IMG/VR virus record: IMGVR_UViG_3300031949_000005
Coordinates: 1 to 64,000 of that record
Strand: one strand, 5' to 3'
DNA from: a virus
Length of the DNA: 64,000 bases
In this document: piece by piece, positions 9,462 to 20,186 of the stretch
Layout of the letters: every line of letters begins with the position of its first letter
How positions within the stretch are numbered: the first letter of the stretch is position 1
Program-made: the position numbers and the translations under genes
Notes under the pieces: generated by a model
The model's input: only the letters and a program-made list of their open reading frames with translations
Databases searched by the model: none
Told to the model about the DNA's origin: nothing

Positions 9462-10563
9462 ATCTCCTCAATTGTGGTATAATTTCTTCTTTTATTTCAT
9501 CCTTAGACATATCCCCAATATCCTTATTTTTTTCTGGAGATATAAAATGAATTTTAAAATAACATCCTAATTGCTCATAAATTCTTTCTTGTGCTTCTAC
9601 GCCAGCCCTATCATTATCTAAACTGAAAATTAATGTCAAAGCATTAGCATTTTGTAATAATTTTCTTTGATCTTTGGAGATATTTAATCCCAATATAGCT
9701 AAAGAATTTTTAATATTTGCCATTTCGTATGACCAAACATCGCCTGGACCCTCACAAATAATAGCTGTTTTATTTGCTATTATATGTTGTTTGGCATAAT
9801 TATAATTATATAAACATTTTTCAACTTTTAATCCTCTAGAATGTTTCCATTTACTATAATTTTTCCTTATATTGGGACATTCATATAAATCTTTTTTATG
9901 ATATTGTTTACATTTTTCACATTTATTATATATTGTTCTAGCAGACCAACCAGCAACATATTTTCCTGTTTCATCCAATATTGGAAAAAATGCTCTTTTA
10001 TAAAAAGGTTTTCCTTTTGTATTACAATATGATATATAATATTTATCTATAATTTCTTTAGATATACCGCGAGACGGATAATATATGGTATCCGATTCTA
10101 GATTATTAGTTATGTCTCGAAGTAAGGGATATCGTATATTTAATGTTCTTTTCTTATTTTTGAATTGTTTGATTATTTTATTTATCTCTGTATCTTGTTG
10201 AGTTTGTTTATCTATTTTTATATTATTGAGATTTAATAATTTGATAACGAATTCTATTGTGTCATTAAAAGACCACATCTTATTTTGTCTTGATGACATT
10301 ATCCCCCTAATCAACCCAAGACTACTTGTTGATTTTCCCGTAATTTTATTTTGTTCACAATGACGTGTCATACATCGCCAATGATTTGTCCTAAATGCCC
10401 AATATAATGCTTTTGGATTATCTCCCATATGTATAGGACAAGACATTTGAAGATAATTGTTATTTTCTATATAATCTATTCCTAGAAAATCTAAAATTTC
10501 ACCAATGCGTTCATTACATTTATTTTGAATATAATTAATTTGTGGTTCATCGAATTTTTGCAT
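9448..10563 (-). CDS. dnaG: DNA primase
   Basis: Zn finger CPIH...C..C; TOPRIM CEGPGD and LDNDRAG. Confidence 0.88.
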   Translation of the reverse strand: MQKFDEPQINYIQNKCNERIGEILDFLGIDYIENNNYLQMSCPIHMGDNPKALYWAFRTNHWRCMTRHCEQNKITGKSTSSLGLIRGIMSSRQNKMWSFNDTIEFVIKLLNLNNIKIDKQTQQDTEINKIIKQFKNKKRTLNIRYPLLRDITNNLESDTIYYPSRGISKEIIDKYYISYCNTKGKPFYKRAFFPILDETGKYVAGWSARTIYNKCEKCKQYHKKDLYECPNIRKNYSKWKHSRGLKVEKCLYNYNYAKQHIIANKTAIICEGPGDVWSYEMANIKNSLAILGLNISKDQRKLLQNANALTLIFSLDNDRAGVEAQERIYEQLGCYFKIHFISPEKNKDIGDMSKDEIKEEIIPQLRRYGYG

Positions 10564-10567
10564 ATTA

Positions 10568-12001
10568 TTATATCTTTTTATTCTTAAGTGTTTTTTCAGA
10601 TATATTTTGTGAAAATAATTTACCTTCAGATAATTTTGATACAGATAAGTTCGATTGTATATTGATATATTCGCCTTCTACCATTCCTGGTCCGAATCTT
10701 GTTTCTGTAACTAATAATTTCTTACGTCCATTAGCTGGAGGATCTTCATTTAATTCTTCTTGACTTTTGTTCTTCAGAATAGAAAAACTAGTACAGAACC
10801 ATCCGATTCTATCTGACATAGAAGCAACATGACCGCCTTCTTGTGTTACGCCATCTCTATTTAATTGTACGGTAGCAAGTATAGGAATACCCCACTTGGT
10901 GGCGAAATTATGAAGATTTGTCATAAGAAAACCTATTAATTGAAATTCGGCCATATTATGTTTTATATCCGATGCATCCATTAATTTTATATAATCATAA
11001 ACAACTAAACAAGGATTTGCTTTTCCACTGTTATTGAAACCCACATTTTTAGTTAACCATCTTCTTACGCCAGATAACACGGATGAAATTGATTGTCCTG
11101 CTATCCAATGATGTGTGATAGGCATTTCTTCTATTATTTTCTGACAAGACCACACAAGATCTGATGTTTCCTTGTTTTTACTAAATTGACCAGATTCTAT
11201 ACTAGTTAATTCTACTCCAGAAATCAATGATATTAATCTATGCATTTGTAATTCTCTTGTTAATTCTGTATCTAAATATAATACAGGGATTTTATTTTCA
11301 GCAACATTTCTTGCTATATTTAAGCATATAAATGATTTGCCTCCCTTCATTCTCGAACCTATAACATTAACAGAAGCGGGTCTTAATCCCCCACCTATCA
11401 TTTTATCCCATCTTGGCAAACCGCTCGGTAATCCAACTATATCTTTTGGATCTTCTGACAACGCCTTTATAGATGATTGAAAATCTTGTCCAATAGACAC
11501 TAATCCATTTTCTTGTCCTACTAGCGATCCAGTAAATTCAAAAACCGGGTCCTCTATTATTGAAATTATATCATTTATATTTTCATTACCTTTTAATTCT
11601 AATATCTTTTTATTAGCATTATAGAATAATAAATATGCCTTTCTCGCCAAAGATAATTTGTATACACAGGTAGAGAGTTGTAATGTATTTTCAAATGATA
11701 TTTTTTCTTCAAATAATGCTTCAAGGAATTCATATTCTTTATTTCCGTCAATAATATTATCACCAATAATTGTTTTGGATGTTGCTATAATACTGGGTAT
11801 ATCAAAAGTTTTTGTACTATTTTGATTCACCATATGTTGTAATATTGAAAATATTTTTCTATTAATTTTATGATAAAAATCAGAGTGATTTAATATTTCA
11901 GAAACTTCTAATAAACATTCATATCCATGATTAAGAATACCGGAAAGAACAGATCTCTCTATTCCAGCATCATTCAACACAGGTTTTTTTATATTATTCA
12001 T
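10568..12001 (-). CDS. dnaB: replicative DNA helicase
   Basis: ERSVL start, Walker A GSRMKGGKS, LDTE, VYDY, QLNR, RFGP. Confidence 0.9.
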   Translation of the reverse strand: MNNIKKPVLNDAGIERSVLSGILNHGYECLLEVSEILNHSDFYHKINRKIFSILQHMVNQNSTKTFDIPSIIATSKTIIGDNIIDGNKEYEFLEALFEEKISFENTLQLSTCVYKLSLARKAYLLFYNANKKILELKGNENINDIISIIEDPVFEFTGSLVGQENGLVSIGQDFQSSIKALSEDPKDIVGLPSGLPRWDKMIGGGLRPASVNVIGSRMKGGKSFICLNIARNVAENKIPVLYLDTELTRELQMHRLISLISGVELTSIESGQFSKNKETSDLVWSCQKIIEEMPITHHWIAGQSISSVLSGVRRWLTKNVGFNNSGKANPCLVVYDYIKLMDASDIKHNMAEFQLIGFLMTNLHNFATKWGIPILATVQLNRDGVTQEGGHVASMSDRIGWFCTSFSILKNKSQEELNEDPPANGRKKLLVTETRFGPGMVEGEYINIQSNLSVSKLSEGKLFSQNISEKTLKNKKI

Positions 12002-12557
12002 CGGATCTTGATCTGTTCCCTATTTCTTTAATACATTTAGAACATTTTTGACCTATTTCTACACTTGATTTTACGCTGGATATAAATTCTTTATCACAAT
12101 CTGCGCATTTTATCGTATATTTTACATGTGGAAGTCTCCTAGTCCTTGGATTATCTTTATTTCTTTTTTGTTGTTTCTCAATATTTTTTGTTAATTCATC
12201 TTTATTGGATTCTCCACCTATTAATTTTATGGGATTACCGTATATGCTCTTAGTATTAGTTTCTAATTCCATTAATTTTTCATCTTGATCGGTAGTCTCT
12301 AATATAATTTTTGCATTTTTTGATTTTTTGTTTTTAATATTTTCATCAACTTGTGAATTTGTTAATAATATCATTTGATCAGGTTTAAACCCATCTTCTG
12401 TGTTGCTTTGAATTAATTTCAATGCGAAATTGAATTGTTCTATAGTAAACGATTTAGGGGGTGATAATTTTTCCCCCTTTAATATTTCAAAAGCAGAACA
12501 TATTTTGCTCCAATCGCCATCTTTTATGCCATCTCTTAAAAGACTTACAAAATCCAT
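11994..12557 (-). CDS. hypothetical protein with C-terminal Zn ribbon
   Basis: CADC...CSKC. Confidence 0.6.
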   Translation of the reverse strand: MDFVSLLRDGIKDGDWSKICSAFEILKGEKLSPPKSFTIEQFNFALKLIQSNTEDGFKPDQMILLTNSQVDENIKNKKSKNAKIILETTDQDEKLMELETNTKSIYGNPIKLIGGESNKDELTKNIEKQQKRNKDNPRTRRLPHVKYTIKCADCDKEFISSVKSSVEIGQKCSKCIKEIGNRSRSDE

Positions 12558-12558
12558 T

Positions 12559-12960
12559 TTATTTCTCCTGTTGTCTTATTTTACAAATATTTATTAATGT
12601 TTGTATCATTAGGTCTATTCTTCTTGTTAAGAACAATATTCTAGTAAGTCTTAAATCAATAGTTTTAACCCAATTACATAATTTAACTTTATCGTTATCT
12701 ATAAATCTTCGTTCAGAATTTCTGGCCCATTGTAAAAAAGATTTACATTTATTTTCTTTATTTTGAAGAAAAAATCCATACCTAGCTAACATAAAAGCCC
12801 ATCTAGAAAGAGTAGTATTATCATTACTCATAATATCGTTAGTTGTCATTTCTATTATTTTTTCTATTTCTGATCTTTCTGGTTCTATATCGGATAAACA
12901 AATAGTATTTTCCCATTTCTTTAAGTCATCTTCGTATAATTTATATTCTTCTTTAAGCAT
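12559..12960 (-). CDS. hypothetical helical protein
   Basis: Tiles in recA-dnaB block. Confidence 0.6.
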   Translation of the reverse strand: MLKEEYKLYEDDLKKWENTICLSDIEPERSEIEKIIEMTTNDIMSNDNTTLSRWAFMLARYGFFLQNKENKCKSFLQWARNSERRFIDNDKVKLCNWVKTIDLRLTRILFLTRRIDLMIQTLINICKIRQQEK

Positions 12961-13309
12961 TTATTTCTACCATTCTAAAATTATTTAATTTACAAAAATC
13001 TTTTTTCCTATTATCTCTTTCTATTTGACTATTAAAATCTATCTGAGTTCTATGGAAAAATTTAATCCTTTTCGAATGTTGTTCGCCATTAACTTCTATA
13101 ACTAAGCTTAGACTTGGTAAAAAAAAATCAAGATAAAATTTTTCAATAGGTATGTAAACTTCTTCAAAAATATTATCATTGGGATATTTTTCTATTAATT
13201 GATCTCTAATTGATTTTTGGAACTTAGATTTACACATGTCGTCTTTTTTGACAAGATAATTCTTGAGATTTATTTTGATATCCAAGCCGTTTAATAATTT
13301 AATTATCAT
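12953..13309 (-). CDS. DUF559/Vsr-like endonuclease
   Basis: YLDFFLP..LVIEVNGEQH...RD..K..FC. Confidence 0.8.
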   Translation of the reverse strand: MIIKLLNGLDIKINLKNYLVKKDDMCKSKFQKSIRDQLIEKYPNDNIFEEVYIPIEKFYLDFFLPSLSLVIEVNGEQHSKRIKFFHRTQIDFNSQIERDNRKKDFCKLNNFRMVEINA

Positions 13310-13311
13310 TA

Positions 13312-14349
13312 TTAATTATTTGGTAATAATACTTTTCTCATATTATCATCTATTTCAATTAATTTATCTTTATTATTTTTAAAAAACTCATATAATTTTG
13401 TAAATCCCTGAAATCTTAATGCTTCTTTTTTATCATCAAGAAACATTGGTACAGAATACCATGCGCCAGATCTTTCTATTATACCCATATTTTCGGCATT
13501 TATTAATATATCTTTGGTATAGTCTACTCCTGATCCAAATCTAAGTGGTATACTACATGGTATAAATGGTTTTCCAAGAGCCGAGCATATAATACTCACC
13601 ATCATATCTTGACCATGCGGTGAATTTGTTTCTACATCCTTGTCCCACAATTTTGTCCAATTGACATTTAACCATATACTATTAGCATATTGAACGGCCA
13701 TACCGCCACGTTCTACATACTTCTTGCCCCCCTGCTCTCGATTTGTTATTAACTGGCTTATAAAAATCAATATACAGTCATTATCATCTATTACTTGTTG
13801 TGTTTTTCTAAAAAATGACGCCAAGAGTTTCGGCGTTCCAGCCATATCCCTATTATCACCAACCGCTTCTGACATTTCAGCGAGGGTCGATAGCATTGCT
13901 ATGGAATCTATTACTATGACTGCTCTTTTATTATCCTTGATTGTTCTCTCCAGTATATTAAGCCATGCTTCAGCATTAAGAATTTGTTCTGGTGTAGATT
14001 TAATAATTTTTAATTTGGACGTGTCTAATCCTTGTATTGTTTTTAATAAACTTTGACTACACCTTCTTTCTATATCCATATAAAATGCTGATCTATTATC
14101 TTCTATTGCATTTTTCAATATCTGTAAACATAATGATGTTTTCCCACTTTTTGGTTTTCCAGATAATAGAACCGTTGTTCCAGATGGAATGCCGCCAGTC
14201 AAAGCAAGATCAAGGGATAATACTGTTTTTAATATGTCTCGTTTTCTTTCTATAATAGTATTGGCTGATGTTATTATCCCTTTACCATATTCTCTTTCTA
14301 TGAATTCATCAAATGATTCTTTAGTAATTTTATCTTTTTTTGCCATCAT
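13312..14349 (-). CDS. recA: RecA recombinase
   Basis: SLDLALTGGIP, GKPKSGKT, IVIDSIA, FISQ, GG.A, GAWY. Confidence 0.92.
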   Translation of the reverse strand: MMAKKDKITKESFDEFIEREYGKGIITSANTIIERKRDILKTVLSLDLALTGGIPSGTTVLLSGKPKSGKTSLCLQILKNAIEDNRSAFYMDIERRCSQSLLKTIQGLDTSKLKIIKSTPEQILNAEAWLNILERTIKDNKRAVIVIDSIAMLSTLAEMSEAVGDNRDMAGTPKLLASFFRKTQQVIDDNDCILIFISQLITNREQGGKKYVERGGMAVQYANSIWLNVNWTKLWDKDVETNSPHGQDMMVSIICSALGKPFIPCSIPLRFGSGVDYTKDILINAENMGIIERSGAWYSVPMFLDDKKEALRFQGFTKLYEFFKNNKDKLIEIDDNMRKVLLPNN

Positions 14350-14810
14350 TCTATTCTTCTTATCTTGCTTAATTTGGTTTCTTTTCCAGATTCGGTGAAT
14401 TTTGAATTTCTGCTAATAAAATCTTTATCAATATGCGTATCAATGGGTTGATTTTCAATCATTAATTCTCTTTTACTGACCATATTGTCATATTCATCTT
14501 TTATTTTTTTTGCAAGTTTATTTGTTGTAACTTTTGCTGATAATGATTTGATATTAAGTTTTTTACAACTAGCTATTATAGCATTTTGAACCAATGGTTC
14601 ATCAAAAGAAAAGTCATTTAATAATTTTTGTAAATTCGAAAAACCTCGACATTCTCTTTTAAATTTCGGACCCCAATATTTTGTATCATTCCAAAATCTT
14701 GGTATTAATTTTTTATCTATATTCAAACATATCAATTCTATAATATATGCCCTAAAGATAATAAATAAGCCAGGAGTTGTTGGTGATATAAACGATTTAT
14801 TTTCTGACAT
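14346..14810 (-). CDS. hypothetical protein
   Basis: Tiles upstream of recA. Confidence 0.6.
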   Translation of the reverse strand: MSENKSFISPTTPGLFIIFRAYIIELICLNIDKKLIPRFWNDTKYWGPKFKRECRGFSNLQKLLNDFSFDEPLVQNAIIASCKKLNIKSLSAKVTTNKLAKKIKDEYDNMVSKRELMIENQPIDTHIDKDFISRNSKFTESGKETKLSKIRRIE

Positions 14811-14814
14811 TTCT

Positions 14815-15243
14815 TTATTCCGAATTTTGTATTAAAAAGAAACCAGCCTGATCCTTAGTTCTAGTTTCAAGATATCCATTATTTAATAATGGTAATTGAA
14901 GCCAATGTATATTGACATTATCATTATCTAAATATCCAATACCAATAAGTGAGCATTTTTGCTGAGACGGCCATGTTTTAATTTGTTTTTTACCGAAAAC
15001 GTATCCCTTCTGATTTTCTGGTGTATCGCATATTAATTGATTGCCACGAAACAAATTTAATTTTGTAATTTTAATACCAGGATTTTGTTTAATAAAATCA
15101 GATAATCTTAACCAAGAATTTGGACTACCATTATCTTCAAAAACACATTTACCGTCAGATAATTCTGCTTTAAAATAAATTTCTGGAGTATTATTTTTTT
15201 CAAAACTAAGCATTTGATTGTCTCGCTCTTTTATTTCTGTCAT
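14815..15243 (-). CDS. hypothetical protein
   Basis: Tiles; no motif recognised. Confidence 0.6.
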   Translation of the reverse strand: MTEIKERDNQMLSFEKNNTPEIYFKAELSDGKCVFEDNGSPNSWLRLSDFIKQNPGIKITKLNLFRGNQLICDTPENQKGYVFGKKQIKTWPSQQKCSLIGIGYLDNDNVNIHWLQLPLLNNGYLETRTKDQAGFFLIQNSE

Positions 15244-15553
15244 CGTCAGCTTTCATAGATTCACTTTCTGTCATTGCAAAAGTATTTTTTTGTGATTTCA
15301 TTCTCGATGTAGGCTCTATCCTAATTATTCTATCTTCATATTTATTATTTGTATTTTTATTTTTTTTATCTTTTTTGTCATTACGATGGATAATATATAG
15401 TTCTTGTTGAATAATAAAATCACGAAGATCATTAGATGCCGATTCGGCATGATCATTATTATGGATAATATCATTTATATATTTTTTGAATTCTTTTACA
15501 AAACCCATGGTATTTTTATTTGCTTTCATCAAATATTCTCCTTTGTGCTTCAT
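15206..15553 (-). CDS. hypothetical protein
   Basis: Tiles; start uncertain. Confidence 0.55.
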   Translation of the reverse strand: MKHKGEYLMKANKNTMGFVKEFKKYINDIIHNNDHAESASNDLRDFIIQQELYIIHRNDKKDKKNKNTNNKYEDRIIRIEPTSRMKSQKNTFAMTESESMKADDDRNKRARQSNA

Positions 15554-15782
15554 TTAAAAAAACTTTCTTTTTTGTTTTTAAATATTTAATGTATGCATTA
15601 TAACATTTTTCATTACATTTGAATAATTTTTCTTCTCTGGCATTATTACATTCATTTGGATTAATTATATTTCCATTTTTATCGCAAACAACATAGCATC
15701 TATTCTTGCCTTTAGCAGCAAAAAAATTTTTTATTATTCGTGATGATGGAATCATTTTGCCATTTTTGTCAAAGAACTCCAT
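15516..15782 (-). CDS. hypothetical protein
   Basis: Tiles; no motif recognised. Confidence 0.55.
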   Translation of the reverse strand: MEFFDKNGKMIPSSRIIKNFFAAKGKNRCYVVCDKNGNIINPNECNNAREEKLFKCNEKCYNAYIKYLKTKKKVFLNEAQRRIFDESK

Positions 15783-16069
15783 TAAACTTCTCCTGTATTT
15801 ATATATTTTTCGGGATTTTTTAAGATTTTTTTATTAACCTTTTCACCTTTTCGCCAAAATGGTATAAATTTTTCTTTAGGTTTTTCTATTTTATGCCCAC
15901 CATTACACGGAGTTTTTGTCCCTTTAACTATAATAGCAGGAGCACTAATTAATTTTTCAAGATTTGGTAGATTACAATTTGGGCAGTTTACTAACGGCTT
16001 TTCTTTTATATTATGCATAGTTTCAAATTTGAAGCCACATTTATTGCATTGATAATCATAAGTAGGCAA
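15782..16069 (-). CDS. FmdB-family zinc-ribbon protein
   Basis: PTYDYQCNKCG..FE...CPNC...LIS; TTG start after AGGAG. Confidence 0.85.
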   Translation of the reverse strand: MPTYDYQCNKCGFKFETMHNIKEKPLVNCPNCNLPNLEKLISAPAIIVKGTKTPCNGGHKIEKPKEKFIPFWRKGEKVNKKILKNPEKYINTGEV

Positions 16070-16086
16070 ATAATTTCTCCTTATTC

Positions 16087-16632
16087 TTATTTCGCAAAAG
16101 TGCCGTGACTATTTGTGAACCTAGCCAATTCTTCTTTAATACTAGGAGTAGACCATTTACCAGTTTTAGCTTGTTTTTCAATATTTTTCTTTATTGATGA
16201 CCTAGCCTTAGCCGGTGCATTTAAAACTGATAGCGTGACCAAAAATAATAGTTCTCGATTCTTTTCTGCTCTTGTATACATTCGTTTTATTACTACACCG
16301 GATAATATTGCAAATGTTATTATGGTTATGCCCATCCCAAGCACTACCCATTCTGCACCATCATTATTTATTGTACCGATATTTTTCTCTAATTTAACTA
16401 ACGAGTCTGACAATTGATTTATTTGTTGTACACTATTTGTAAGTTCTTCTATAGTGGATGCCGATATAGTATTTTCTACAGTTTTATTGAAAGCTTCTTT
16501 TAAGCTACTAAGATCTGCTCTGATGCCAGATATCTCGTTATCTTTCACACACCCAACATATAAATATATAAAAGACATTAATAATAATGTAATTATACTT
16601 ATTCTCATTATATTCTCTTCCCTCCGGGACAT
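16087..16632 (-). CDS. membrane protein / possible lipoprotein
   Basis: Hydrophobic N-terminus ending YVGC, coiled coil, second TM segment. Confidence 0.6.
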   Translation of the reverse strand: MSRREENIMRISIITLLLMSFIYLYVGCVKDNEISGIRADLSSLKEAFNKTVENTISASTIEELTNSVQQINQLSDSLVKLEKNIGTINNDGAEWVVLGMGITIITFAILSGVVIKRMYTRAEKNRELLFLVTLSVLNAPAKARSSIKKNIEKQAKTGKWSTPSIKEELARFTNSHGTFAK

Positions 16633-17534
16633 ATTTCTTTAAAGTTACAATATTTACAATTATTTAAATTGTCGGTCATCTTAAAATATTCTTCATCTTC
16701 TTTATGCTCGTGTGATTGTCTTAATATTATGGATTCATTTTTTATAGTTGCTGCATGACTGAGAAGTTTATCTTTCGTTACTGATAGTTCGACTATAGCA
16801 GAATCTCCAATTTCTGCGACCATTATTAAATAAACTGGGACTATGACGATATCTGATAGTTTTTTGGTGAATCCTTTTTTTAAAGCGTACATTGAATAAG
16901 TCGTGAGTTGGTCTAAAACAGAGTCGTTTATCTTACCTGTTTTCCAGTCGAGCAAATATATTTTTCCATTATATTTAAATCCGCAGTCAATCTTCACGCT
17001 GACTTCGCTTCCGTCGTCCATGTTGAAACTTTGAAAATCTTCTAGTGCAACCCAATCGTCTTTTTTAAGACTCCGTATAATTTTTGCCATCCTGCAATTA
17101 TAAAAACCAGTTATACAATCTAAGACTATATCTTTGCACCTATCTGTTTCTTCTTTAGACAATCCCCCGCTATAATAGTGCTCATATAAATTTACACTCT
17201 TGGGATTATTTTTCCATTCTTTTCTAGTAGATGATTTCCATCCTAATTTTAATTGTTTTAATCCTAGCTCTCGTGCTTCTACTAATGGAATCCATTTATC
17301 TGTCGATTTATAAGTTTTAATTACATTTTCAATTACATTATGTACAATACTTCCTGGCCACATGTGGCGAGTACTCAAATGTTTCAATAAATATGCTTGT
17401 TTTTTTCTTGGTGGGGCGTTTTTTAACCATCCTTCCCATGAAGCATAGTAGTTAAACCAGTATTTTCTAGCACATTCTCGGAGTGTTTTCATCCTAGAGT
17501 CAGACCAAGCATATTTCAATTCTATTTTACCCAA
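16608..17534 (-). CDS. second PD-(D/E)XK nuclease (Cas4/AddB-like)
   Basis: ECARKY, GSIVH, KIDC, LLDWKTG, QLTTY, CKYC...C. Confidence 0.85.
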   Translation of the reverse strand: MGKIELKYAWSDSRMKTLRECARKYWFNYYASWEGWLKNAPPRKKQAYLLKHLSTRHMWPGSIVHNVIENVIKTYKSTDKWIPLVEARELGLKQLKLGWKSSTRKEWKNNPKSVNLYEHYYSGGLSKEETDRCKDIVLDCITGFYNCRMAKIIRSLKKDDWVALEDFQSFNMDDGSEVSVKIDCGFKYNGKIYLLDWKTGKINDSVLDQLTTYSMYALKKGFTKKLSDIVIVPVYLIMVAEIGDSAIVELSVTKDKLLSHAATIKNESIILRQSHEHKEDEEYFKMTDNLNNCKYCNFKEICPGGKRI

Positions 17535-18291
17535 TTATTTTCTCTCTTATTATTTTTACTATACCACAATTATAATTCATTAATTTACTTGTAAAATGTA
17601 TGATTTTAATTTTATCAATATTATTTTTTATTTTATCTATCCATTTAGAGACATTCGTTGCAGGATATAAATTGTAAATTTCTTGATCAAGAATATTTAT
17701 TTTAAATTTTTGATCTTTTTGATATTTTTTAATTGTTTCTATTAATGATATTTGGTCGATACTAGGTGTTTTTCTAAATTGTTCATTTTGTAACTTTACC
17801 CATTCTCTAATGAAATCTCTTGTTTTTTCATTATTTTTACAAAATAAGACACCACCGACTAATCCATTTATTTTATGTTTATCTTTTACATTTTTGTTCG
17901 ATGTGATTTGTATGTTAAATTCTTTATCAAAAATATTATTTAAATTTCCAGATATTATACAATCAGCGTCTAATAAAATTTTATTTTTTGTAGCATAAAG
18001 TGCCATAATATCTAACTTTAAATTATGTAGAAGGGATATGGCCTTTCTTTGGCAATGTTCTGTAAAATTATTCGACTTTTTGAAAATAGGTACTAAGAAT
18101 ATATATGGATCATTTTCTGAATGATTAAGTTTTAATATTCTATTTACATTATTATCATTGGTCTCGTATTCTTCTGTGTATATAAAAATTGTTGATACTT
18201 CTTTTCTTTTCCATGTTGATATATTTTTTAATAAGATATTTATATAATCATTAGAAATATAAGTAATTATATCGTACATTAATTTTTCCAT
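17527..18291 (-). CDS. nucleotide-diphospho-sugar transferase-like protein
   Basis: LLDADC, GGVLF, DQISL, YN...IIHF. Confidence 0.65.
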   Translation of the reverse strand: MEKLMYDIITYISNDYINILLKNISTWKRKEVSTIFIYTEEYETNDNNVNRILKLNHSENDPYIFLVPIFKKSNNFTEHCQRKAISLLHNLKLDIMALYATKNKILLDADCIISGNLNNIFDKEFNIQITSNKNVKDKHKINGLVGGVLFCKNNEKTRDFIREWVKLQNEQFRKTPSIDQISLIETIKKYQKDQKFKINILDQEIYNLYPATNVSKWIDKIKNNIDKIKIIHFTSKLMNYNCGIVKIIREKIIG

Positions 18292-18827
18292 GATTTATTA
18301 TTTTTTATTTTTGATATTGTTGTTTGAGTTATATTGAAAATCTTTGCAATTTCTATTTGTGTTAAATTATTAGTTTCTAATAATTTTTTAATAATCCTAA
18401 CTTGTAATTCATTCAATCTAGCTTGACCATTTTTAATTCCTTTTACATCAGGTTGGTATCTTAAATGTTTATTATTTGAAAACCAATGATTACCCTGTTC
18501 GACACTATTTTTCATATTTTCTTTATGTGTTCCATATTTTAAATTATTTAAATTATTATTTTTTGAATTTCCATCAATATGCAAACATTCCATTTTATCT
18601 GGGCGGGGACCGACAAATGTTTCTAAAATTAATCTATGAACTTTAAAATTTTTACGAATATTATTTTTACAAAGTCCTATTTGTAAATATCCATAACCAT
18701 CATTACTTGGGGAAAGAATTCTTTCCTTTTTACATCCAAAATTAAACAATCTTTTAATTCTACCCAAATTGGATGCTTGATATAATCCTTCATATCTTAG
18801 AATATTTTTCCAAAATTCTTTCATCAA
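18279..18827 (-). CDS. NUMOD4-HNH homing endonuclease
   Basis: EFWK..YEGLYQASNLGRIK; VHRLILETFVG..HIDGN..NN. Confidence 0.9.
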   Translation of the reverse strand: MMKEFWKNILRYEGLYQASNLGRIKRLFNFGCKKERILSPSNDGYGYLQIGLCKNNIRKNFKVHRLILETFVGPRPDKMECLHIDGNSKNNNLNNLKYGTHKENMKNSVEQGNHWFSNNKHLRYQPDVKGIKNGQARLNELQVRIIKKLLETNNLTQIEIAKIFNITQTTISKIKNNKSWKN

Positions 18828-18991
18828 TTTTGTACTTTATAATAATAAATAATATCTGGATAACAACAAGGTTCATAGAATCCAAAACCAAGATCATAGG
18901 ATACTATGGTTGATGGGACCTCGTTGAAATTGAAGTCACAGCCAATAATATTTAAACAACTAATAGCTAATATTAACAATAATTTTTTCAT
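18824..18991 (-). CDS. small predicted lipoprotein, 55 aa (not in ORF track)
   Basis: MKKLLLILAISCLNIIGC lipobox-like; fills gap; stop overlaps next start. Confidence 0.65.
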   Translation of the reverse strand: MKKLLLILAISCLNIIGCDFNFNEVPSTIVSYDLGFGFYEPCCYPDIIYYYKVQN

Positions 18992-19007
18992 TATTTTTTC
19001 CCTTTAT

Positions 19008-20186
19008 CTATTCCAAAAAAATCGGGCATTGAACGGTCCTTCCATACTTACTCGACATCAGGAACATAAATTGTTGGGGTTTCTCGAAAGCCGCCTTTAT
19101 AGATACTGCATATGGAGAGTAACCAACAATAGACCCATTTATAATGAACTTATCGCTAGAGATTAATTGATGCCAGTGCCCGAAAATATCTAAGTAGGCG
19201 CGCTGCGCACGATCCCATTGAGCAATTGCCCGATTGACGGGGACGCATACGCCTCCTATACCACCTGCGTAACGAATGTTGTCTCCATGATGAAAACGTA
19301 AGTCATACCCATAAATATTCAACCAATTAAAATAACCTTTTGATAATTTGAAATTAACTATCTCAGATTTTTCATATTTATTAGCCAGAAAATTATAAAT
19401 TAACCACTCATATGAGTTTTCACAAGCTGTAGAAATCCTTCTTTTTTCTGTGGTACGACCATGGTTCCCAATACTTGGGACCACTATTATTTTTTCAAAG
19501 CCTCCATGCTCAACAAGAAAGTCTATAGCAGAAACGCATAATTTGAATACTTCTATGGATGCCTCTATGGCCGAAATTTCATTATTTTCTTTTAGTTCAT
19601 CGTGTATACCACCATTTATGAGATCACCGCCCAACCATACAACGCATTGTTTTATTGTGGTTCCATGTCTATTTATTTCTACAAGCTTAAGTACATTTTG
19701 AAATAATTTTTGGAATCTTTGGGTTGCAATTTTAGGATTATATTCATTTAGGTTGTCTACTTTGTTTGGATCTATTACGTCCTCGTAGTGCAAATCACTG
19801 CACAAAATTACTGCGGTGCTTTCAGATGCTTTTGTGTATTGTGATATTTTAATTTTTTCATATTCTGTCTTTTGTAATCGTTCGTCAAATAATTCTATGG
19901 TATTAAAACGACTAGATTGATTATCAAAAAGACGAAGAAGTTCATCGTATTTTTTTTGTAATTCTCTTTTGTCTTTTACTACTGATTTCAGTTTAGAATC
20001 AAGTCCTATTTCTTGCTCTGGACTTAATTGTGGGGTTCCAGCTATGTATCCACGATCAATTGCTTTATTATATCTTGTACTTAGTGTTTTTCTAGGAATT
20101 TTTAATGCCTTGGCCGCTGCCGCAATAGAGCCATATTTATTTACGCTGTCTATTGATTGTTGTAATATATTATTTTCATTACTCAC
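19008..20186 (-). CDS. HTH + calcineurin-like metallophosphoesterase
   Basis: GSIAAAAKALKIPRKTL; SDLH, GGD, GNHGR, HHGD, GHWH. Confidence 0.82.
   Translation of the reverse strand: MSNENNILQQSIDSVNKYGSIAAAAKALKIPRKTLSTRYNKAIDRGYIAGTPQLSPEQEIGLDSKLKSVVKDKRELQKKYDELLRLFDNQSSRFNTIELFDERLQKTEYEKIKISQYTKASESTAVILCSDLHYEDVIDPNKVDNLNEYNPKIATQRFQKLFQNVLKLVEINRHGTTIKQCVVWLGGDLINGGIHDELKENNEISAIEASIEVFKLCVSAIDFLVEHGGFEKIIVVPSIGNHGRTTEKRRISTACENSYEWLIYNFLANKYEKSEIVNFKLSKGYFNWLNIYGYDLRFHHGDNIRYAGGIGGVCVPVNRAIAQWDRAQRAYLDIFGHWHQLISSDKFIINGSIVGYSPYAVSIKAAFEKPQQFMFLMSSKYGRTVQCPIFLE

Noticed and set aside
8198-17534. CRISPR-Cas from the Cas4-like nucleases
   Set aside because: No repeat-spacer array or other cas genes seen; such nucleases are common in phage replication modules.
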